From: Ptychomitrium polyphyllum
Lineage: Eukaryota
Assembly (NCBI GenBank): GCA_973851085.1
Contig: OZ316775.1
Location: 16,678,001-16,742,000 of the forward strand
DNA: 64,000 bases
Direction of reading: 5' to 3'
The position numbers and the translations under genes are program-made. The notes below the pieces were generated by a model that worked only from the letters and a program-made list of their open reading frames with translations, was not told the origin of the DNA and made no database searches. Shown here piece after piece: positions 32,589-42,441 of this stretch; position 1 is the first letter of the stretch; each line of letters starts with the position of its first letter.

Positions 32589-34019
32589 AGCTGCGAGTCG
32601 CGGAGCGTGACAATGCGGAGCTGCAAAGCAGAGTTCGGAGTGAAGGACAACGCAGTGATCAGGGCCGGCGATGTCTGAGACGACAGCAGGTTTGTGGCCC
32701 TCCACCCCCAAAACCCCAAACCCCAAACCCCAATCCCCAAAATCCCAACCCCACTCTGCTCTAGGGTTAGGGCTTCCTCTCCCTCCCCTCTCACTGCCCC
32801 TCTCCTCTCGCCCCCTCTCTCGCCCCCTCTCTCCCTCTCACATACGCGAGACCCCTGTTTCTTGTCACACACATCGCCACGGCCTCTGTGGGGTCCAGTA
32901 CCCTAACTCATCCCTGTATCCAAAACCGTCGTTGTAACCATCATAAGAGCATTCCTTTTCTTTGTCCCGAGACAAGAGAGGTAAACATTATCCCTTTACA
33001 GGAATGGTCAACCACTGCTTTCATGTGCAATTCAGCCATCAGATTTTTGGAAACATACTGAATTCAAATTTCTTTTTAGGCGGACGCATGTCATTTATGA
33101 GTCCTCAACTTTTTAGACATATTATATATTAAATAAAACGTGTAAGTTTTATGAATTTAAGGCATCAAAAGTTCCTAGAGATTCCCAGAAAAATCAATCA
33201 ATAATTTAATTGACAATGTTTAAAAGTATTGAGCATTTTATATTTTGTTATAATTTTAATCAATTTAAGAAATAATGCGTTCTGTCATCTTCTTAGTGCT
33301 ACTTATCCATATATTGCTATCATACTCAAATTCTAGATTCCAAATAGAAATTCAAAGCTGGCGGCTCATCTGAGACGTAATCAAATGTCATCCCAAACAC
33401 CAGAAGGAATTCAAAGTTGATGGCGGTTCGAAGGGTCATCATTGGACACTTCCTGACACCTGTGAAGGCAGCCAAGGCACTTTGTAGAATCGAAGGTACA
33501 GTGGCAATGTGACGATGTTCCCAGTAATGGCCTTGCGCTTCATTACAAATTTTCAAATCTTGGCAAGCTCATGAGCTCGAAGAATGATTATACATAGGTT
33601 TTTGGCAAGCTTACTAAGCTTTATCAAAAGAGGGACCACATCAAAGAGAAATTACCACTGCTATAGTATAACTGGCTACCGGTATGCATCACGCAGTGAA
33701 GTAGGGAATAGGGACATATGGGAGTCTCATCGTAAGACATATTTGACGCACTAGTCACCCCTCTAACAGCAAGTGGGACGAGGTCCTGCGCATGTACCCA
33801 TATAAACACATTCATGCAGTAATAGAACCACAACTAGGATACAACGAGCATAGTAACAGTGAAAAAGCACCTAACTATGTACAACAAAGTCCATGACCAG
33901 ATTTTATACAAACTTTTCAGTTCTTAATGACCCATCTTTGAAAGAGAATATGAAGAACTTGTTTACTGCTTGCTACATACAGTATCTAAAGAAGCCTAAA
34001 AATGTAGACAAAAAACATC

Positions 34020-37000
34020 TTAAGCAGAGGTCTCATTAGATATAATAAAGTCTTTGATGTTTTCAACTACCGCCTTCTTGTACTCCATCTCTCGGTCTTT
34101 AATAGCACTGTTCGCAAGAAAAGACAGCAGACATGGTTCCATTTCAGTTGGAACTTATTCGACCGTGAAAGTATGATTGCAGTAACTATTTATACTACAA
34201 TCTGAAAGATGTGTAAATGAACGATGCAAAACGAAATTGCACTTGAAAAAAGTAAACAGATCCCTTCAGAACCAACATGTTGTGATATACCGCAAAGTAC
34301 AAACACAAGGTAGAGCAGAGGAATGCTTAAAACACACCTGTAACTCAAGCTTGAAAACTGGTACAAGCTTGCAAACACGAGCAAATGAAGAGCAATTGAG
34401 TAGAAAAAGATAAATGTCCGAGCATATCTGCGAATGCAAAACGTTTCATTAAGAAACCAAATTTAACGTGACAAAACGATCCTACGAGCTGCAATCCATC
34501 AGGCACAAAACAAGACGAAAGCGTATATATATACTTGTTGCCAAGAACGAAGCGGCCACCCGTAAGTGTGATCTTGTCTCGGAGTCCAAGCTCCTTATAT
34601 CTCCGCTCTTTTTCCTATTTGATCATATACACGAACATAAATGAAATCAATATCTAAACGTTGAAGTCCACATCCAATGCTATAACATTTTCAGTTCACC
34701 AAGACCAACCACAATACGATCAAAACCCACATTACAAGAATTATTATGTGAATATAACTCGGGTAGAAGATATGCAGACAGAATTGAAAATATGCTGTCT
34801 AAAACCAAAACATGGTGGTAGCGAAGCTGTGGTGGTTCTTGCCCAGGGTGTACCAACCTTCTTTGAAAATGCTGTAAATGGATTAATATCATCTTCATAC
34901 ATCTTCTTATATTTGCTCTCGACGTCACCTCCCATTCCTGACTCCAAATCCTCCCCGCGCTGCACAAAAGACATAAAATTGGTGGTTTCAGCAGGCAACG
35001 AAAAAGTATCATTCTATGCCTTAAGATATAGTCTCTACCAAATTAAAGGACTTCTATTCAATACTTTGAGGAACACTGAAGTTGTGCGAGTTAAATTATA
35101 ACCAAAACAAGAGTGATGAACAGGTTCTACATCCACAGACCAAAATACATTCTGTATCTATATAATGCAGGAAACGAAATGAACTCAGATGAATAACACC
35201 TTCTTGTTTCGAGAGAAAGGTCGATCTTTTGTGTAATCCTGTACAAAGCGCATCTTCTCATAGAGCTTGACGTTATCGGCTTTACTGCGCTCAAGGTCTG
35301 CTGTCAGCGCTTGACATCTGTCCCTCGATACCCTCAGTTCCTGCACGATTGCTCAGCTACTCTTGTATTAAAATTAATCAAATTGATGAAGATACAGAAA
35401 AGGAGACATTTTCGTACATTAGTATCATCAGATACGAAGAGAAATAGCCCCATTCAACTATGTTAAAATCAAAAACTATTCAAACCAACTTAGTTCAGGC
35501 AGTCCGACGGGTGTGCTAACACAGAAAAGTAAGTGGCTTACCTCTTCTGTTTCTCCCAGGCGTTGCCTAAATCGATCACGCTGGCTGCAGATGACTTGCA
35601 ACATAGAGTTCTGGTCCTCATCGCCAGCTCCCTTAGAACCTCTATTATGCTATATGTCCCATCAAGCACAGAAAGATTTCAGGAGAAAAGAGCACTTTAG
35701 GCTCAATATAAGCGAAGAATTGCTAGAAAATCCATCTTGGAACTTTTGTTTGGACAAATTGGTGAAATGTTTATTGTAGAGCACGCCACCAACTTTGCAA
35801 CAAGCTAAATCTTGCATCCAACAAGTCTAGTTACTTGCACGAGTATTTTCAGAATCAGACTCCTGTGTTTGATGTACCTCCGATAAATCGTTAGCACCTG
35901 AGTCTGGTAAGTCCCAGTCGTTTGATTGTTTGGTAGGATGACGGTCTTGTGAAGGTCCATAGCCCTACACACAGCAAATATAAAGACGTTCAAAAAAACA
36001 CTCATGCGGCTGATTCATTTCCCGAAAGGCCCATTTATTGTCCTTAAGGAAGAATTTTCTTGAGGGCAAAGAAAATTTAACAATTTTGGAGACATGATAA
36101 TAAGAAAACAACCTTGAGTATGTCTTCTTCCAGCTTCGCAATTAGCACCTTCTGTTGTGCCAACTTGGCCTTTAGTTCTCTGACATTTGCATCAGCAGCT
36201 AATGCTGTCTCTGTCCTCTCTGACAATTGTACCTATCAGATTTTATCCATCACAAAAACACTCAGCTTTGACTCACCAAACACACAGGTGAGTAGGGCAC
36301 AATTTGTGCAAATGACATCCACACATGATACATGATACAAAGGTATCGCCTACTGAGTTCAGAAGAAACTCATGCTCAGAGAATCATCACAATAGATACT
36401 TTTATAAACGAAAGTCATAAAAAGCAAAAGAAACTGGACATTCCCAAAAAGTTTTGGAATCAAAGATCACACCTTTACTTGGGTAAGTTCATGCTCCATC
36501 TTGCGATTTTTATCAAGTAATAATGTCTCGAGTTTGCCAATATCCTCCCCCCGAGTAGCGATTTCCCAGTCTTCTGCTTCAACAGAATTGTATCCCACTG
36601 CCTGTACGAAGAGAAACGCAGTATATGTCAGATTAGCATGGTAAAGTTATATTAGTCACAACTGCAACTGCAGAGTATTAGAACTTGCATGCCATGTAAA
36701 AAAATTGACCAAATCAGAGAAAATGCAGCGTACGTATAGTATATCAGGATCACCTTAGTGTAGAAATATGATAAAGGTAGTTAATTAAATAGATTAAAAT
36801 CATCAATACAATCACACGTACGGCAACTGACAAAGGACATAACAATTTCAAGTTGAGGAGAGACCTGCAAAATTTTGACTTGTTTTTGCAACTCCTCCAC
36901 TTGCTTTGTAGTTGGCCGTTCAGTGATCTCTTTTCGAAAGTCTTGAAGAACAACCTCCTGTATCCCAAAAACACTGAATTTATCAAGTCCGAATACAATT

Positions 37001-40000
37001 TTAAATCACCAAACCAAATTTTTCAACACACTATTTCAGTAAAAGAATTAAAAAATTCAAGCTGGCACACAACATAGAATGAGTAGACACTAGAATAAGC
37101 ACAAAGAGGAATAAGTGGAAGTTCCATTGCCTGCTCATTGAGGAGGGTGTTTAGTTTTTTCACTTCAGCAAAGTGTAGTTCACGTTCGTTTCCTAGAGTA
37201 GTCTCAATCTTGTGCAACTCATAATGAAGCTCAGATATTATCTTCTCCTTTGCGGTCAAAGAAGCTTCCAGATTACTACTAGCCTCCTCGTTCAGCCTGT
37301 GAATGAGAAACAAAAATTAAATAACTCATTTCTCCTCGAATTTCTAATCTTTGTTACTGGGCTAGTCAAATAATCAGGTTCGTACCTTACATCATTCGAA
37401 ACTTCTTCCTACTCTGATCTTTAAAACTTCAGTTCTTCGCGGAATACAACATACAATCGGACAATTAAACATGAGCACCACGCAGACATTTAAAAAGGAA
37501 CACAATTAGCATTATGCGATCAAAAGGAAAGCTGCACACAAAAGATTGTCGGAATTTACCGCTCCTGGAGATGAGCCTCTTGGCTGTTTACTGCCTGCAA
37601 TTCTGATCGCAATTGCTCCTGTCATTCCAACTTGCTCAAATCAGAATACTCCACACATCATTCTAACTATTTAGAACCTCACAAGATTATTCCTCATCTA
37701 TCTGCAGATACTTTCTAGTCTTCCATCTCTTAAATGGACTGATGAGAACAGAAAACAGACCTTTTCTCTCTCCAGACTCATGAGACGAGCCTGAGCACGT
37801 TCTACTTCGTCCGTCAACAGATTCAGCTCTGACTGCTTGGCTGCACTAATCTCCTCTGCAAAAGACCCCAGATCCCGACATTGGCAAACGGAGTCCGAAT
37901 GGATACATTGGTAGAACATTTCAGAAGCACGTGAAGGTGCATTAGCAATCGAGTATGGCTCGTTAATGTACCAGATTGGGTATGTAAATTAAACAGCTGA
38001 GTCTGCCCATACTCGTGAAGTTTTTGCATATTCTGCACACTCTCTTCAGCTGCCCGCAGCTGATTTTGTAGAAAATTCTCCCTGTTATCAAATCCAAAAG
38101 AAAACCTTAGATGGAAATCTGTTGTCTTTCTTGAGATCAGAGAAGCTTCAGGTCCACCAAACATATTGACAGAAGCTAACAATGTCTCCAAGAATCATGG
38201 TTCATCTCATAAAAACAAGCTACATTACATGCCATTTGAAATATAGCTCAACTTATTACCTTTCTCTAAGAATTTCAAGGTTCTTCTGGCTTTCTTCTGC
38301 CAGACTACGTTGCTTCATCTCAACGATCTCCTTTACTTTCTCCTCCATCTATAGTCAAAAGGTAACGCAAATTAATCTAACAATCTATACTCTGTAGCCC
38401 GTAAATGAATAAAAGGAAAATAAAGGCCAAATTCCATGTGAGTAGATGAGTAACGCTTGTAGTAAGTAGTGTCTCAATAGTGAGTGGAGGATAAACCCAT
38501 CTAATTTTTAACATGATGAAAGTACAAGATAAAATTAAACAGAAGAAAGTCGTTCACAACTTCATGAAGTGAACAGAACATAGCTAGTGATATCTAGTTA
38601 ACCAACCTGTTGTTCTAGCAAACGATTTCGCTCTTCCAGGCGTCGCACTGTAGCTTGTTGGTTCCTAAGATGAGCCGCTTCTGAGCGATACTCCTCCAGC
38701 TCTTGCTTCATCTTCCGATTCTCTGACTCAAGCTCAGCCAATCTCATAACCAATTCCTGTATAGTAAAAACTTGAAATTAGAGCTAGCCAACAAATAGCC
38801 AGGATAACTTTCATTAAACTTTGTACCACACGACATAAGACACAGAAGTTGCTGTGCTAATAAAGTTCTGCATGAAAATTATGCTTGTATCACTTATCCG
38901 AATGCCTGTATACCTTTTTGAACGTCTCTTTATTTATACATTAAGCTGTATTAACTACCAATTCATCTTCCAATGCTTGCCCAATGACGGAGCCGACAAA
39001 GTGATAAAGAGGAATAGCGTGCTTACAACGCCAGAAGAGAGAGCAGGAACAGGATCAGGAGCCTCATAAAGCTTCTGATATATGTTGAGAAAGGCGTTTT
39101 CTCCAAACTTTGCTCTCTTCGTGAGGTTGTCGACCTCCTCCTGATATCCCTTTAACAACGCTGGAAAAGCCTTGGTCTTCTCATCATTAGATGCCTTCTT
39201 GAAATCTGGTATCAACATCAACAGTATGAGATAATCGTACATCGGATAACCTTGCATAGATGGCGAACACAAGAGAAATGTAAACAAGCTTACCCCGAGT
39301 GCTCTCGGCAAGCTTGCGGCGGTTTTTGAGGCTATTCTCCTGGTTGTCCCCAATCTTCAAGCCTTGCTCATCTAACTTTGCCCTCCATTTTTCTAAATCA
39401 AAATCTGCAATATTCTCCCAAAGAATGAGAATAGCTTTCAGCTCCTAAATGCAGTAAGATCGAAATGCATTTATTAAATCCAGACATTGCAGATTCTTCT
39501 TCTTGATCAATCAGCATTTTGATAATACAAAATTCTAAGTAGAGAATTCATCAACGTACTCTACAGTTGATATTTCTCAAAATACTTAATGCATCTAATG
39601 ACTAGTGCAGGTGCCTGATCTTTTCACTGCCGATGTCAACACTTCCGAAGGTAATCAATACGCAGGTCCCAATGGTAACGATTCTCTCACAGACAAGGTG
39701 CATGAGAATATTCTAAAGAAGATATTGAAGGTAGCTACATCTGTTTCTACTGATTTCTAATCTACACGTTGAACCAAACACTAGAACCGGATTGTTCCAT
39801 CAGTTGAATCAGAAAAAGAAATGATAACTACATCCAGACAAAAGGCTTGGGTCACAGGAGGCCTGCATTGGTTCGCTCTGCGCAACTAAGTTCACATAAC
39901 TGGAAAGAGATTAGCACCATATTGAAAGGAGCTCCTTCAGATTTCCAAATGTTTTGCTATGTTGATACAAGTTATTCTCCTTCAATTAAATCAGTTGACG

Positions 40001-40323
40001 TTTATTGACTACAGAAGCGTTTTTGCCCATTATTCAGATATGATTGAAATTATTTATTACACTTTCTTCGACGCACAAAAAGTTGATATCTAAGTACCTC
40101 AATCAGCAGATGACACTAAAATCAATTCCAATCCAGCAAAAATATTCATCACACAGTTTTGAACAATTCAATGCAGGAAAAACATAGTGGATCGAAACTT
40201 TCAGAACTCACCTCTCCAGAATGTGAGCACACGCACTGTCGGAGACGCAGAATTAAACGACGGCAGCCGCTGTAGCGTCTCTTTCTCCACCGCACCATCG
40301 TTCACACCTCCATCTGGTTCCAT
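34020..40323 (-). CDS. CASP: Golgin CASP (CDP/cut alternatively spliced product; Coy1 homolog), multi-exon
   Basis: ATG at 40323 (MEPDGG..VLTFWR), then DFDLEKWRAKLDEQGLKIGDNQENSLKNRRKLAESTR, LLKGYQEEVDNLTKRAKFGENAFLNIYQKLYEAPDP, long coiled-coil exons, VICSQRDRFR, DNVKLYEKMRFVQDY, YKKMYEDDINPFTAFSKK, and the C-terminal TM segment YARTFIFFYSIALHLLVF with the conserved Tyr/His. The last exon (34107-34020) is the best guess; an alternative stop lies at 34195. Confidence 0.92.
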
Positions 40324-41677
40324 GTTGCACCTCACGAGAAGATAATCCTCTCAAGAGAACATGTAGGGCTTGAAGCAAGCGACTCCAAGCGGGCTCACGA
40401 TTCAACTCCGGCTCTGAAATTTGTAAGCTCTATATTACACAACAGACTCCGAAAGTCCACTACCACTAGAGAATCTACCACCAAATAAGCACTCAAGTAT
40501 CACTACCGAAAGCTTCAGCTCCCTTTCCTAATCAAAACAACAACACAAACCTACGGAAAACTTCAGCAATCGAAAACCAAGAGTAGATAGGGCAAGCATA
40601 AAGTAAACGATCCAGATAAACTAATCCAAATACATAACTCCTCTCTCCAAATACAACACACGACCAAAAGAACACTCTCTCACCGCCAATCGAGCATATG
40701 ATGAAAACGAAAACTCGATTAGTAAACCAATCGGATCGAAACATCAAACCACTGAGAATAAAATTATACAAACAAAAAACGTGGACGAACTTCCAGTTGC
40801 AGACCGTAAGAACAGTTCCGACACAGGAAAACAGAAAAAGCGTGCACGCACGACGAACCTCCCTTCGCGAACCTTACACCAAGGCTCAAACAGATCACAC
40901 CTCAAGGTTCATCGTGGAGTACCAAATAAGACGTGCAATAGACGCAATTGCGCGCCAAGTTAGTTAAAAAGTCGTATGCAAGAAGGACAATAATTAAATG
41001 TTATCGAGAAGCGCAAATGCGGCAATGCAAGAGACAGATCGTGCAGGCAGAAATCACGTCAAGAAGCATCGCAGGGGAAGCAAACAGCACGCACAACGAG
41101 CTCGGACAGTCTTACAACATGGTGATATGTCCATTGGACACAATAGCAGCATAAGTATCATCAGGGTGACAAACCAGTATCACACGTTCATCATACTAGT
41201 ATTAGAGGAGTATCATATAGATATCAAACGTCCTCAGGGATCGCAAGTTGAGGGCGTGATCGAGAAGAAGCAGAATGAGTGAAATGACGGATGAATAAAC
41301 AAACGATTGGACAAACACATGTATAAAGAATAAATATTCTTGAACCGTCACTCCCTCTAAATCCGACATCATCTGCGCCCTGCTGAACACTTCAATCCAG
41401 AGTCCAACAAAACTTGTAGATAATTGTGAACTACGTGTAGGGACGGTATGACGCCGTCGTTAAAGCCGACAGAATCTGTATTTATCGTGTAATTATCGTT
41501 TGGACTATGAGCGTTTCGTAGATGATTCTGGTTTTGGGTACAGTGCCGTTTATAGGTTATGCATTCCTATTATTCAAGCAAATGTTTCATTTGCATCGAC
41601 GGTCGTGAGAGTCCGGCCTCGGAGATCGATAAATTAGGGCTATGGGAACTTATGCGGTAGCTATGGCGAAGGACGCC

Positions 41678-41845
41678 TTATATAAACCTCCGTGCCCCTG
41701 TTTGATGGACATCTGTTTCTTCGATGGCGCGGTGTGCGTTTTGTCGCTGTCGCTTGGGGTGTTCTTGATGTCGATGTTCCTGCTGTATGATCTCGGTTTG
41801 ATTGTGTATGTGCGTGCATAGGGTTGTGGTTGTTAGGGTTTAGGA
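41678..41845 (+). promoter_or_regulatory. TATA box, candidate first splice donor and telo-box of a putative snoRNA host/polycistronic transcript
   Basis: TTATATAAA at 41678-41686, candidate donor GCG|GTGTG near 41731, TTAGGGTTT near 41833-41841, and T-rich intron-like sequence leading into the snoRNA cluster. Confidence 0.45.
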
Positions 41846-42000
41846 CTCTTCGTGCGTTTCGAAGTTTGAGATGGAGGTGTGAAGTGCACGTGTAGATCGT
41901 CTATGCCAGTTTTAGGCTTTTATCGTAAGCCGATTTCTTCCTTTTGAAAGGATGGGTGGTCTTTGCTATATTTTGGATGTGGTTTAAGGCTGGCGTTCGT

Positions 42001-42090
42001 GAAAGGTCGGTGATGCTACAAACAATGACAAGCATATAACTGAGTGGCTTTGGCCACGTGAGGATCCATTTAGGATTCCTGAGACCTTTC
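42001..42090 (+). ncRNA. U27: Box C/D snoRNA, U27/snR74-type guide for 18S rRNA Am28
   Basis: 8-bp terminal stem GAAAGGTC/GACCTTTC; box C GTGATGC 42010-42016; D' CTGA 42040-42043; C' GTGAGGA 42058-42064; D CTGA 42079-42082. Guide GACAAGCATAT (42027-42037) is complementary to the conserved 18S sequence AUAUGCUUGUC, and the D'+5 rule lands on A28. Confidence 0.88.
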
Positions 42091-42132
42091 CTGTGCTTTC
42101 TGGTTCTGGTTCTTAGGGTTTTAATCTGTCTT

Positions 42133-42228
42133 TAGATCGATGATGACGAAGATGTCTTCTAGCAAGATTGTTGGAAGTAGATCACTATAATTGTCTAGAA
42201 CCGAACTACTTACCTCTTTTGAGATTTA
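42133..42228 (+). ncRNA. Candidate box C/D snoRNA, target not identified
   Basis: Same layout as its neighbours (stem, G, box C ... box D, stem): TAGATC / ATGATGA 42140-42146 ... variant D TTGA 42219-42222 / GATTTA. No clear C'/D' boxes or rRNA complement recognised. Confidence 0.45.
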
Positions 42229-42246
42229 TTTCTACACCAACGTAGG

Positions 42247-42331
42247 AAGGTCGTTGATGATCAAATTTGATAAGGTTAATTCTGAATCATTTTGATGGAC
42301 AACACATTTGACTAGGACGATCGGAGACCTT
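42247..42331 (+). ncRNA. Box C/D snoRNA, guide for 18S rRNA near U1010 (plant snoR20 / yeast snR79 target region)
   Basis: Terminal stem AAGGTC/GACCTT; box C TTGATGA 42254-42260; D' CTGA 42282-42285; C' TTGATGG 42292-42298; variant D CGGA 42322-42325. Guide GACTAGGACG (42310-42319) is complementary to plant 18S CGUCCUAGUC. Confidence 0.72.
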
Positions 42332-42441
42332 GGTATGAAGTCTGCCACATGTCGTGGTGATTCTCTCAGAGAAGACACATTACATTCCAGAGAGGAAATT
42401 GAAGGTTAGTACCCTCGTCTGTTCCGACTTTCATTACAAAT
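42332..42441 (+). ncRNA. Possible box H/ACA snoRNA
   Basis: Imperfect hairpin, H-box-like AGAGGA (42391-42396), a short second hairpin (TGAAGGTT/GACTTTCA) and ACA at 42436-42438, directly after the C/D snoRNAs. No target identified. Confidence 0.3.

Noticed and set aside
41276..41352. Imperfect hairpin (TGACGG...CCGTCA) in the CASP upstream region
   Set aside because: Stem too short and interrupted for a miRNA precursor.
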